Assembly (NCBI GenBank): GCA_038087875.1
Contig: JAXLNO010000260.1
Location: forward strand, 310,001 to 366,918
Source of the DNA: Malacoraja senta
Taxonomy: Eukaryota
Length of the DNA stretch: 56,918 nucleotides
Reading direction: 5' to 3'
Shown here: positions 10,150 to 22,650 of the stretch, piece by piece
Layout: each line of letters opens with the position of its first letter
How positions within the stretch are numbered: position 1 is the first letter of the stretch
Position numbers and translations under genes: made by a program
Notes under the pieces: model-generated
What the model was told of the DNA's origin: nothing
Database searches by the model: none
What the model saw: the letters and a program-made list of their open reading frames with translations, nothing else

Positions 10150-13100
10150 TTCCATCTTCACTTTTGCCTTCCAGAAGCAAGCATAACTAGGTTATTAATC
10201 TTATTAAAACAGTGGTTTTAGTTCAAAGTCGTATCGTGCATACCAAACCCTTAAAATCAGGCCTGATACCGAGTATATAGTCCAAAACATAACAGTCCAA
10301 AGCTTTGATAGCATGAAACGTCTTCCTCCATGTCCGATCAACTCATGGATATGTTGTGACAGTAATGTTGAAGTATGAAATTCCTTCAAAAGAATAAGAG
10401 GATCTTTAACAATAAAGTTCACCGTTAGGTTTGATTTAATGTCTGGATCATTAGCAGAGATTTCAAATCCCAGCTCAAGCTTTGGCCATTCTCTGTCTGG
10501 CTTGCAGAGAGATTTTAGTTCGCTGTCAGTTCTCTGGAAACTTCATTCGCAGGATTTTCTTCTGTGTTAACATATTTCAGTTGTACAACATTAGTAACTC
10601 CCAATGCTCTTTCCATTGGCAGATTGTCTTTGTCCAAACCCAACTCTCTGGTTTCTTTGGCTATCATTTAATGGAATGCTTTCACAATTGTCGCTGTTCC
10701 ACTTTAAAAGTATGAATCCTCCCTTATTTTAAAGAGAAGTCAGATGTTCTACTGGTAGAATTGCTTGCTGCTCAGTAGACATGGATTTTAAGCAATCATC
10801 CTTGTAGAAATTATTCTTCAAAGAGATTCTTACTTCATGAAATTTACTATTCTCGCCAAACTTGCATTTCAAATTCTGGGTACGTTGCTCTGCCATACGA
10901 CGATTATTCAGCAGATTAACACTTTCTTGTTTGAAAGGTACGTCCACACAATAGTGTCCATCCGTTTTCACTGAGTAGTTCATAATATCCATGAACTTCA
11001 ACTTTTCATTCGACATCTCTTCAGATTTCTTGCTGGTACTTTAATTGAAGTCATAATTGTATGGCTTCATCACCGGCTTTTCTAATTTATCAGTAGATAT
11101 TTAATTAACAGCAATGGCAGGACAGTTCCTCTGATTTTCATTTTCATGGTTCCTTCTCAAGGAGCCATAGATAGCCCATCCAAGTCGGGTTTTCGTAGCA
11201 TACAGTCCATCACCTTGGCTCCCAACAATCTGTATAGGTTCCAAAGCCTTCAAAACATAAGTAGATCAACACTAGAATTTATTTCAGATATCTTGACATC
11301 CTTCAGGTAAGGCCATTGCTTCAAGTCTTCATGTCTTGGTATATTTTGATGACCAAAAGGCATAGTTCAATGTGTAAACCCTTCAGATATCGGTATAAAA
11401 TTATCTTCATCCAGACTGGATATCTCCATACTCGTTATGTAATGACTCATGCTCTCTTTTTCTTTAGTCATGGTACATAATCAAATCTTAGTCTCTTCTC
11501 CTGTGATATTCAATCTTCTCGTCAGGTTTTCTGTACAAAAGGTAGTCAAACTTCCGTGATCCAAAAAAGCATATGTTTGCAACACTGTATTCGTCTTGCT
11601 GTTTCTTACCTGTACTAGTAAGATAGAAAAGTTACAAGCTTCTACCCCGGCCCCAACATGAGCAGTTACTTGAGGTGAGGTGATAGCATTTCTGGTAGTT
11701 GATTTTGTCTTCTGTTCTGTTTGCTCAGGTTCATCTTCTTCTATGTGCTCTGGTAACTCATCATCTGTTTGTTCCGGTTCTTCTTCTTATTCCCAATGCT
11801 CTGGTGCTTCAGGATGATATTGCTTGCACTCATAACAAATTATAGGACTCTTACAGTCCCTCACCATATGTCCTTTTTTCAAACACCCAAAACAGATTCC
11901 CTTCTCTTTCAAGAAATCCATCTTATCTTCATATTCTTTCATCTTGAATCTTCGACACCATCTTATGGTATGATCAACTTCATCACATAACAAACAAAAT
12001 ACTATTTGCTTGCTAGTAGACACATTTCCTTTCTTTCTATCTGTCTTTTCCACAGGTATGGTTGTGATAGCAAAACTACTTCTCTTAGGTTCTGATATTT
12101 CTTCAATTTTGGTAAAGGTAGAACCTTTAATAGTTGGAAGTGGTTTGTGTTCTTCAATAGTCCAGTGTGGTTCTAACATCTTCCGTACTTCCCTTTCTAA
12201 GAATTCCACCAGGTCTGGTAGCCTGGCTATTTGCTTCCTTTCATCTCTAATTTTGCCTGTTTCATCTCTCCACTTTTCTCTCATTCTTCTGGGCAATTTG
12301 TTAATGATGATTCTAGTATTACTCGGAAGATTCATTTGTTCCATGTGGCCGAGATTTCTCATTGAGCTACAACAATTTCTCAGAAATATTGCATAATTAC
12401 TCAATGCCTCCCCATCTTCTGGCTTGATTCCTTTCCAAACATTGTCCTTCTCCATGTAAGCGTTAGCAATCCTCTATTCATCACCAAAATGTTCTTCAAG
12501 TAATATTCTCGCCTTTTTATAGCCATGGTTGCCTTGCTCTTTCTAACAACTTTCTACAAGCTCTTTCACACTTCCACTTGTGTACTTCACCAGAAATCGT
12601 AAGCGCTCTTTTTCATCCATAACTTTTGTTTCTAATATTTCTTCTAATGCCTTTATGAAAGCTTCATACTGCAAAGGATCTCCACCATATGTAGGAATTT
12701 CTACTGGTGGTAGAATGAGAGAGGTATTTTGTCGAGCTATTATCTCGATGAATTCAGTTTGCCTATTCAACAGTGCCATTAATCCATCCTGATAACTCTG
12801 GCTTGGTTCCACCTGTTGATAAACATGTCTTTGTGGTTCAAATTGGCTTGCGCCAAGCCTCGAAAAAACGTGGTCCGCTATTGGTTTGTCTCCAGCATCC
12901 ACAGATGCTCCAATGGTAGTTTGTTTCAATCTAGCACTCATTTTCTGAGATGATGTTTTACCCATCTTCCTCTGCTCCAATGGGTTTTCAAAGCCTAGAA
13001 TTCCGGTGGACCTCGATTGTGGAATTGATCCAACTGCCAATTCACTTCGAACAGTTTTTCTTAATGGTCCAGAGCTCATCGTCCTTGACGATCTGGAGCT

Positions 13101-13461
13101 GCATCTTGACTCCTCACTTTCCAGTAGCTCCTTCTTTGCTTTGGCCACCACCATCTTTGTGTCTAATTTCAGTTGTTCCTTTACGTCGCCTCACCTGTTC
13201 TTCTTGTCGCGTCATCTCTTCTTGCTGACGCATCATCTCTTCTTGCTTATGTCATCTCATCCCTTCTTGATCCCGCTCGATCTCATGTTTCTTCTTCATG
13301 GCATCCGCTTCTATTGAGAGAGCAGCTAGCTCAGCTTTAACTCCCAATCGAGCAGAAGCCCTTAATACCGAACTGGCTGAAGAATCAGATTTATGTCTTG
13401 ATCCTCGTGAATATATAATGGAGATATTATCTCGTCATGTAATTTCATCTTCCATTCTGGC
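10150..13461 (-). pseudogene. BEL/Pao gag-pol remnant (DUF1759-like gag, zinc knuckles, protease, partial RT and integrase)
   Basis: PPVEIPTYGGDPLQYEAF (12543..13154); CLLC..H....C, CFGCLKKGHMVRDC and CYECKQYH (11787..12455); protease TYAFLDHGS (~11550-11580); NNFYKDDCLKS (10729..11016); integrase zinc-finger HIHELIGHGG (10204..10422). Confidence 0.85.
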
Positions 13462-13476
13462 ACCTTATTGCTTCGC

Positions 13477-16400
13477 CACACTACAATTAATGAAAAGGGG
13501 TATAAGAATACTATAACATTATAAATCTGTGTGAAGAAAGAGGCGTTAATTATTTGGAAAAGTTCCAGAGGTCTGGGCTCGGTCGGATGTATTTAAGATA
13601 AGAAATTTAACCCTTGAAACAGGCTGGTAATTAAGGAACAGATGAATATATTAGGATACAGGCACAGGGCATGTGTTTTTATGTTTTACAATTCTACGAC
13701 TCTGTGATACCGAGCAAGTAACATAGAAGGTTTAAAATCGGGGTAAATAAGAGAATATATGAAATAGTAAAGATGATGATGATAACTTTCTATTGTTGAA
13801 ACTTTTTTTTCTGTTTTATTCGGCCTGACCAGATAAATTTTTGTTAATGACATTTTTATTTTTATTTTAATTTTTTTAGATATATTAGGATATATTTAGA
13901 TGAAACGGCATGTAGTTATAAATGACATTGTATTTAGGGGGCTGAACTCAATGTATAATTCCATCTACGGAGGTCAATAAATGTTTGGCCATCATAGATG
14001 GCTTCTTGTATTTAGGGTATCACCTTTTTGATACCTTAAACTCACTTTTTTTGTTGTTGTATTTACTTTTATGTAGTTTATCTAACAACTTTTCTTTCTT
14101 TCTTCACTATTTCTCAACACACATTTCTCTTTTTCTTATGGAGGTTCAATATACGGAGGAGAGGTAAAATGACATCAGAAGTATGGGATGATACCCACAT
14201 ACCCAAAAGCCTGAGGTACTTAACCACACCACATGAAGCAACATTACCAAAACCTATTTACAATGCAGGATAATAAGGAAAAAAAGAATGGAGGATTCAC
14301 ATTCTGTAGTTGGAATATTAGGGGTGCGAATGATCCAATTAAAAGGGGCAAGATTATGGCCCAGTTAAAATCTTTAAATGTGGACATAGCTTTTCTGCCA
14401 AAAACACATACAAAACTACAAACACAGATGAGACTAAGGGCAAACTGGATAGGCCAAACTTATTACTCGTCATTTACTGCTAAAGCTAGAGGAACGGCTA
14501 TTATTATTCGGAAAGGTATACCATTTATATTACAGAACACTATATCTGATAAAGAAGGAAGGTACACGATAGTGGCGGGAGAAATTTATTCTACAGCACT
14601 GACTCTAATAAATATTTATGCTCCACATTTTGATAACCCGCAATTTTTAAAGAAAATTATGGATATAATAGATGAGTATAATTTTCAAAATGTAATACTA
14701 GGGGGGTACTTTAACTGTGTTATAGACTCATATTTAGATAAATCAATAAAATTAAGGAAGGGTAGTGTCAAATCCAAGTCTAGTGAATTCTTAAACACAT
14801 ATATGAAAAACACTAATATAACAGATGTATGGAGAATAGCTAATCCAACTGGAAGGGAATACTTGTTTTACTCATCAGTACACAAAACTTATTCAAGAAT
14901 TGATTATTTCTTAGTGGATACAAAATTAATACCATATACGATTAATCCCAAATACCACAATAGTATTATTTCCGATCACTCCCCGTTGACTTTTATTTTA
15001 AAACTTGAGGGAATGCCAGGTATAAAATGCTTTTGGAGATTTAACACACAAATAGCTAATGACTCACAAGGTTACGAGTATTTAAAACAGCAAATGAAAT
15101 TTTTTTTTGAGACAAACGAGACACCAGGTATTTCACCATCTCTATTATGGGAATCTTTTAAGGCATTCATCCGTGGAGTTATAATTTCATATCAAAGTTT
15201 TCTAAATAAAAAAAACAGGACAGAACAATGGACGTTAGAAAAGGAAATTAAATTATTAGAATTAGGTAACGCAAAAGACCCAACTATAGATAAACATAAT
15301 AAGATTACATTATTGAAATTTAAACTTAATCGAATATTATCGGCAAGTGTAATAAGATTATTTCAGATCACAAAACAAGTACAGTTTGAATTTGGGGATA
15401 AACCACATAAACTTCTAGCACGACAATTGAAGAAGCAAGAAAAGGAAAAAACAATTATTAAAATCAAATCAGAGAACGGGGAACTATTAACTTTACCTAA
15501 GGATATTAATAAAAGGTTCGCTCAATTTTATCAAAATTTATATACATCTAAAACTAAAATAGAAGACAATAAAATTATAATTTGTTTAGATAATTGTAAT
15601 TTGCAAAAATTGGATATTTTGGAACAAGAGGAATTAGGAGCTCAGATCACAAGTGAAAAAATAAGAGAAACAATAAAAGAACTGGAAAACGGGAAGACAC
15701 CAGGGCCCGATGGTTTTAATAATGAATTCTATAAAAGATTTCAGGAGTTAATGGTCCCACGATTACTTAAATTATATACTTATGCTTTTACCGAAAAGAA
15801 ATTACCAGAAACTTTAGCAGAATCTACAATTACGCTTATACCAAAAAAAGATAAAGATCTAGAAGATCCAGGCTCGTATAGAGCTATATCACTTTTAAAT
15901 ACAGATCAAAAATTTGTAGCAAAGATTTTAGCAAGAAGATTGAGTAAATATATTAATAAATTGATAAACCCGGACCAAACGGGATTTATACCTAAAAGAC
16001 AATCATTTAATAATTTGAGACGACTTTTTAACATAATGTATTCACATAAAGTGGAAAAGGAAGATTTATCAGTTATATCTTTGGATGCAGAGAAAGCATT
16101 TGATCAGGTAGAGTGGCAGTATTTATATTTAGTACTCCAAAAATTCAATACGGGAGATAATTTTATTAGATGGGTGAAATTATTATATAATAAACCAATG
16201 GCAAGAATATTAACTAATAATATGTTGTCTCCAAAATTCCAATTATCACGAGGCAATAGGCAGGGATGTGTTTTATCACCCCTGCTATTTGCCCGTATGA
16301 TAGAGCCTTTGGCTGAAAGGATAAGAACACATCCGAATATTCAGGGATATAATACTAAGGACTCTAATAATAAAATTTCATTATATGCTGATGATATACT

Positions 16401-18382
16401 TTTATATATTAGAAATTCAGAAACGAGTATCCCGAATTTACTAAACGTAATAGAGGAATTTGGCTCTTTTTCTGGATATAGAATAAATTGGAATAAAAGT
16501 GAAATTATATCATTACACCCCCAGAAAGCGAATCATCTATTAAAATTTCCATTTAAAATTGCAATGGAAAAATTTAAATATTAGGTATTCAAGTTACCAG
16601 AAGATATAAATCATTATTTAATGCTAATTTTAGTCCTTTATTAAATAAATTGAATGATCTGATTAAATTTTGGAAATTGCTCCCACTATCATTAATTGGC
16701 AGAATAAATGCTATAAAAATGATAGTTCTACCACAAATAATATATTTATTTCAATCCATACCAATATATATACCAAAATATTTCTTTAAAAGACTAGACT
16801 CTAATATTACTAATTTTATTTGGGACTACAAAGCACATAGAATTAAAAGAGATCATCTGTGTAAACCTAAAGATGTAGGGGGACTTGCACTGCCTAATTT
16901 TTTATATTATTATTGGGCAGTGCATATTAAGAATATAATTTATTGGTTGGACTGCCCTTCTCAACAGATGGAATGGATAAGAATGGAGAAAGAGGATTGT
17001 TTTCCGTACGATTTAGGAGCGATCCTCTTCTCCCCGATAAAATTGAATAATACATTATATAAGAAGAATCCAATTATACATAATATAATTTGAATTTGGA
17101 AACAAATAAAATTAACTTTAAAATTAAGGAACTTATCATCATTAACACCAATAGTGAATAATCCGGTATTTAAACCATCTTTTATGGATAAAACATATAG
17201 ACAATGGGAAAGATTGGGAATTAAAAAGGTGGGTGACATATATGAAATGGGAAATTTATTATCATTTCAACAATTAAAATAAAAATTTAATCTGAATAAT
17301 AACCAATACTTTAAATATTTACAGATATGTGACTTTATAAAAAATATATACCAAGACTACAGAGCATAATGATAGATCCACTGGAAGAAGCAATGCATAT
17401 TAAGGCGGACTCACAAAAATTAATATCATATTTATATAATAGTATTCTTAATAGAGAATTGCCATCAACAGAGGCAATTAGAGAAGACTGGGAAAAATAA
17501 TTAATGGCAAACATTTCTAAAGAAACATGGGAGAGGTATTTGATATATATACATAAATGTTTGATTAACGCTAGACATAATTTAATTCAATTTAAAATAT
17601 TACATAGATTATATTATTCAAAAGTTAGGTTGAATAAATTGTATTCAAATATTTCTCCCATCTGTGATAAATGTCTTTCTCAAAATGCCAATATCACACA
17701 TTCTTTCGTTTCTTGCACAAAACTTCATGGATTTTGGTGTGATATATTTGATATATTTACTAGTTTATTTAAGATAAAAATGGAACCTAATATGGAAATG
17801 ATTATCTTTGGAGTAATAGGAGATGGAAACAAATTAAATATATCCCAAATTTCATTTTTAAATTATGGTTTAATAACAGCAAAAAAACTCATACATAAAT
17901 TTTGGAAAAATGCTACTATACCAACACTCAAAATGTGGATTGGTAATATGTTGGAAACTGCCCACTTGGAAGAAATGAGACTCCTCCTAATAGATAACCA
18001 AGACCAATTCTTAACGAGTTGGTCTCCATTTATTGACCTTGTGGATTCATGTGGTGCAATAGTATTGTAAAATAAAAAAATTCTGGGTTTGGGCAAAAAA
18101 TGATTAACAATATAAAAAAGCATTGACTTGTGGCGAGGGAGAATCTCCTTTCTGCTTCACTTTCTTACTTATTTCTTTTCTTTACCTCACACTCACTAGA
18201 CTTTTCTTTACTCTTCACTACTTCTTTATTTCTCATTTCTTTCTAAAAAAAATTTTTTTTAAAGAAAGTTGTACATAAAATGTTTTAATAATTCTGGGAA
18301 CCTGTAAAAAGGTACCATCAAAATGTAATGTACTTACTTCTAATAAATAAAATATTAAAAAAAAAAAAAAAAAAAAAAATAA
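13477..18382 (+). mobile_element. L1 LINE (ORF1 tail, spacer, full ORF2, polyA) inserted in the BEL gag
   Basis: TSD ACCTTRTTGCTTCGC at 13462-13476 and 18383-18397 (1 mismatch). AATAAA and a polyA tail at about 18343-18379. Confidence 0.92.
14263..18070 (+). pseudogene. L1 ORF2 (APE endonuclease, reverse transcriptase, Cys-rich domain), inactivated
   Basis: ORFs 14233..16584, 16650..17093 and 17504..18070 carry WNIRG, SDHSP, LDAEKAFD, QGCVLSP, YADD and CDKC..HSFVSC. Endonuclease catalytic residues are altered (FLPKTH, GGYFN). The MQDN start matches the L1 at 56765. Confidence 0.93.
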
Positions 18383-18397
18383 ACCTTGTTGCTTCGC

Positions 18398-18898
18398 ACT
18401 TCCAGCTACTAAGCTCGTAACTTGTGGTATAATTTCAGATAACCACTTCTCTGCCTTTTTCATGAAACCATTGAATATCTTCTTCTTGTCTTCATCCCAC
18501 TGGGTGTGTCATCTGCGTTCTTCCTGAGACGGCTGTGAACACAGCAGTATATCTTGTTTCTTGCCAACCTCCTGGCAGAGATTCCATAGTTGGCTCATAT
18601 TCAATTTCACCTTGATCACGTTCTGTTCTGATTCCATTAGTTTCTTCTGTTTCTCAATTAATCTGGTAACCTGGATCCATAATTTGTTTCTCTCTTTCTC
18701 GGTTTCTCTCAAGCAGGCAGTATGTGTATTATCTGTTTCTTCTCGATGCACGAGTTCTCTGTAGCTATCAATTGATTTGTTAACTTGTTCCCATATCGAG
18801 GTTTCTTCTTTCTGGGTTTCTTTAAGTTGTCTAATTGGTCTTTCACCACCCCATGGTTCATCTGGCGTGGCACTTTCTTCCTTCTCTTTTGGATCCAT
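18398..18898 (-). pseudogene. N-terminal (coiled-coil) part of the BEL/Pao gag upstream of the L1 insertion
   Basis: Charged ORF 18509..18898 lies between the LTR remnant and the L1 TSD, on the same strand as the rest of gag. Confidence 0.6.
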
Positions 18899-19459
18899 AA
18901 TTTTAAAGAGGTCGCCAAGTCTTTAAATTTAATGAACAGAGATCTCTGCATGTAGTTTCAATTTTATTTTGTCAACATTTCTTTGAAAACCATAACATAC
19001 TGATAATGGAGAGAACATCTCTCCAACATCCATGGACTAAAAGATGACAATAATTCAAATGGAATGCGCTTATCAAAAGATTCAAAACAATGCAAGGTTG
19101 GTCTGGCTGGAATCTCCATACAGACTGGAAAAACACTTTCTGAGTCGCTGTTACATTTGCCCTTTTAAAATTAAAGCTTGCAGCTTCAAATTCAAAGAAA
19201 TACAATCGGTTTTCTACTCACAAATCCTGTGATATCTTCAGATAAGTCTCGATGCTGTCGATAGACCTCAAGGCCTCCTTTGGCTGAGATCTATTATCTT
19301 CAGTTCCTCCTGGAACCAGTTTCCTCTGGCTAAGACTCTCCGAGATCTTAGCCATATCTTCTGTCCCAATCCCTGGGACTAGTATTCACCCCTGTGACGG
19401 AGGTCTCCTTCGACTTAATGTAGCGGCAGATTTTCATATCTTTTGAGATATGAAAATAT

Positions 19460-20235
19460 TTGGGTGGGGGGAGGGGAATGGTGGGGGGGGGGGTGGTGGG
19501 GAGAAAGGGTGGTGGTGGGGGGAGGGGGGTAGTGAGGGAGAGGGGTGCTGGGGAGGGGGTGTTGGGTGGAGTGGGGTGGTGGGGGGAGGAGGGTGGTGGT
19601 GGGGGGTTTAGGGAAGGGGGTGCATGGGAGGGGGGTGTAGGGGGGTTTAGGGAAGGGGGTGCATGGGAGGGGCTGCAGGGGAGGGGAGGTGCAGGGGAGG
19701 GGGGTGCAGGGGAGAGGGGTGCATGGGAGGGGGGGTGCAGGGGATGAGGGGTGCATGGGAGAAGGGGGTAGGGGAGGAGGGGTGTAGGAGAAGCGGGGTG
19801 TAGGGGAGGCGGGGTGTAGGGGAGTGGGCGTGTAGGGGAGGGGGTGTAGGGGAGGGGGGTGTAGGGCAGGGTTTTGTAGGGCAGGGGGTGTACTGCAGGG
19901 GGGTGTATGGCAGGGGGGGGTGGGGGAGTAGAGGAGGGGGTTGTGGGGCTAGGGGAGGGAGGGTGGTGTGGTGGGATCTGGGAAGGAACGGGGAGGGGTA
20001 AAGGGGGGTATGGGTGTGTGGGTGTGTGGGGATGAGGGGGGAAGGGGAGGGGGAGGGGGGTTGTGGGGGAAGGGGTGTGTGTGGGGGGATGGGCTCCACT
20101 CAACGACCACCGGCAGTGGCACTACGCAGCACCTCCCGACTCCACACAGCGGCTTTCCCGACTCCACACAGTGCCTTTCCCGACTCCACACTGTGGCTTT
20201 TCCGACTCCACACAGCAGCTTTCCCAACCTCACTC
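19460..20235. repeat. G-rich low-complexity tract plus CCGACTCCACAC minisatellite inside the Helitron
   Basis: Dense GGG-runs at 19460-20095 and four ~23-bp CCGACTCCACAC units at 20135-20230. Confidence 0.85.
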
Positions 20236-20555
20236 TTGCGGACTCAATCAGCATGGCTTGTTTACTCAGCCCCGCCTCCGTGAATTTAGTCTCCAGCAGG
20301 TGCCGGAAGGGGCTTTACCTTCATGGTGAATGACAGGCGAGAAGACCAATCAGCTGATCTCACTATTTTTTAAACCTTCATAAGTTTTCTCCTATTTCAC
20401 CGATCGGAACAAAAGTTGGTGGCTTGGAGCAGAGGAGAATGGTGAGTAAGGTGGCGAAAAATCCTAGCGATATAGCGTAGCGTGTTTGTGCAAAGTTAAT
20501 TACAACACAGACTGGAAGTGGTCAAGATGAGAGTTTTAGTAATAGTATAGATTGA

Positions 20556-20750
20556 GGATAGACACAAAAAGCTGGAGTAACACAGCGGCTCAGGCAGCAT
20601 CTCTGGAGAGAAGGAATGGGTGATGTTTCAGGTCGAGACCCTTCTTCAGAATAGTCAGGGGAAAGGGAAAGGAGAGATATAGATGATGATGTAGATAGAT
20701 AAAGAACAATGAGTGATAGATATGCAAAAAAGTTACAAGGATAAAAGAAC
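20556..20750 (-). mobile_element. Penelope pLTR fragment with hammerhead motif
   Basis: The reverse complement contains CTGAAGAAGGGTCTCGACCTGAAAC. Confidence 0.75.
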
Positions 20751-21477
20751 AATATTATGCTTAAAATGCTGATTTGATGTTCATCTGTCATTAGTTAAAT
20801 GCCCTCTTATGGTAAGTTTTCAATATTTTGCATAGCAAATTGTTGATTTTGTGTACTGACAATGTCTTAGCGAGGGAAAGCAGGCAAATGAGTGGATTGA
20901 AAAAGCAACAATGTCATGAAACAATCAGAAATAAGGATTTTTCAATGAACAGAGCAAGCACAGAGAAAGAAACTTGAATCAGAGTCGAGGAATTCTTTGC
21001 TAAACTAAGCACAGAAAGTAAATGGGGCAAAAAGACGTTCAGATTAAAGGAGTGAAAGAGACAAGTAAAGCTAAATTATTTAGTAAACTATATTTTAAAA
21101 CCTAAATTAATCATAAAATGTTGAATGAATAAGACTACACATTTTTAATAATTACTTTGCAGTTCAGAGTGGTTTACTGGTGGTAGTTAATATTTAGCAC
21201 ATTGATTTTAGGATTTTTTGTTTGAATGGACAGAAAAGCTTTATTTTAATGAGCTTAGGTTATATTTACAAGAACAGTACTTTCATGATATTCAGTTAAA
21301 CGGTGAGAGGGAAAGGACATATTTAACTAAAGCTAATATGTTGACTAACTTGACAGCAATATTTTGGTTCATTTTTGTGAGATGGGAACTAACAAGACAT
21401 TGATGGAGAGAGATGAAAGGTGAGGCACATGAGCTCTAAAAAAGTTCTGTGCTTTAGCCTAACTACATTTGTTCAGG

Positions 21478-21768
21478 TTAGTTTAGAGATACAGCGCGGA
21501 AACAGGCCCTTCTGCCCACTAAGTCCACGCAGACCAGCGATTACCCAACACTCTAGCACTATCCTACACACTAGGGACAATATTACAAATTTTACCAAAG
21601 CCAATTAACCTACAAATCTGTATATCTTTGCAATGTGGTAGGAAACAGGAGCACATAGAGAAAACCCATACAGTCACGGGGAGAACGTACAGGCAGCACC
21701 CATAGTCAGGATCAAATCCATGTCTCTGGTGCTGTGAGGAAGCAGCACCACCGCTGTGCCACCATGCC
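21478..21768 (-). mobile_element. tRNA-derived SINE (HE1/V-SINE-like)
   Basis: tRNA-like head GGCATGGTGGCACAGCGG, central GTAGGTTAATTGGC, and CR1-type tail GGGCCTGTTTCCGCGCTGTATCTCTAAACTAA. Confidence 0.85.
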
Positions 21769-22197
21769 ATCTGTAGGTCACAGAAACTGTGAAAAGTGAA
21801 ATGCTCATTTTCAGGGAATAACAGCTTCTTGAGAGCCATCTGCCTGTGTGATCGTTTGCATACCATTGAATCTGGGCACAACTGGGAGGAAAATGGACCC
21901 TTCTACCACAACACTATCGGTGCAGGAATTTTTGAGAAATACTCCGACTATGTATTCTTCTTGCAGCAAATTAGGTCTTTTCTGAAGTAGTTCCTGATGC
22001 AGTTCAGTGCAACACCTAATGCATGGAATATTTGCTGCATGATAGAGACAGGTGTTGTTATAATGAATGGGGCACCTCTGCCTATTGTAGGATATGCACA
22101 GCTGTTTACAGCATTTTTTTAAAATGTTGACTAGTTAAAGCATAATATATGGTCTAACTGGACAACAACTACAACAGATCCGATCCTACTCTGTAAG

Positions 22198-22650
22198 GGG
22201 GTTGCACAGTGGTGCTGCTAGTGGACCTGATGCCTCACAGCTCCAATAACCCTGGTTAAATCTGACCTTTGGTGCTGGAGTTTGCACCTTAGCCTTGTCT
22301 TCTTCTTGCGTATGGCGTGCATAGCCTAAAATTGTAGGACAGCTTGTTCTATTTGATCTTATTTGATTGTGCACGCCGGGTTGATTGCATTCGTCGAAAC
22401 AGGGCGGACCACGTGAAGGTTGCAATCTCCCACCCCACCTTAGCCTTGTAACAACGTGTGTTTCCTTCTACATCATAAAATAAAACATGTGGGTTGGTAA
22501 GTTAATTGGCCTCTGTAAATTGCATCTGGTGTGTTATTGAGGGGTAGAGGGAGGGAGAATAAAATCAGATAGGTAGAATTAGTGTGAAAATCGACACTTG
22601 ATTCTTGTCATTGTCAGTGGGCTGAAGGGCCTGCTTCTGTGACTTTGTGA
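22198..22650 (+). mobile_element. HE1/V-SINE-like SINE (old), interrupted at 22299-22436
   Basis: Degenerate tRNA head, GGTAAGTTAATTGGCC core and GGGCTGAAGGGCCTG tail. Confidence 0.7.
22299..22436 (-). mobile_element. 138-bp non-tRNA short retroelement (RTE/Vingi-type non-autonomous) with 13-bp TSD
   Basis: TSD ACCTTAGCCTTGT at 22286-22298 and 22437-22449. The element strand starts GGGGTGGGAGATTGC and ends CCATACGCAAGAAGAAG. Confidence 0.7.

Larger units (their letters stand above)
9418..19434 (-). mobile_element. BEL/Pao LTR retrotransposon, internally deleted, split by an L1, 5' LTR almost entirely lost
   Basis: 3' LTR at 9418-9910. A 16-bp remnant of the 5' LTR, TGTAGCGGCAGATTTT, is at 19419-19434 and is identical to 9418-9433. 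Gag with three Cys-His knuckles, protease, and RT/IN fragments are all on the minus strand. Confidence 0.88.
9054..20551 (-). mobile_element. Non-autonomous Helitron (outer element, interrupted by BEL/Pao)
   Basis: On the minus strand the 5' end is A|TCTATACTATTACTAAAA at 20551. The 3' hairpin GGGACCC-GTT-GGGTCCC (9065-9081) is followed by CTAG|T at 9054. The termini are homologous to the copy at 43767-45266. Confidence 0.8.

Noticed and set aside
19348..20333. Long Pro-rich and Gly-rich ORFs (extensin/formin-like)
   Set aside because: These are translations of a G/C low-complexity tract inside a Helitron and are open in several frames on both strands.
21800..22105. Possible host exon (ORF 21796..21990 on plus; about 100 open codons on minus)
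   Set aside because: No recognisable protein similarity, no convincing splice pair and no partner exons. It needs RNA-seq or tBLASTx.
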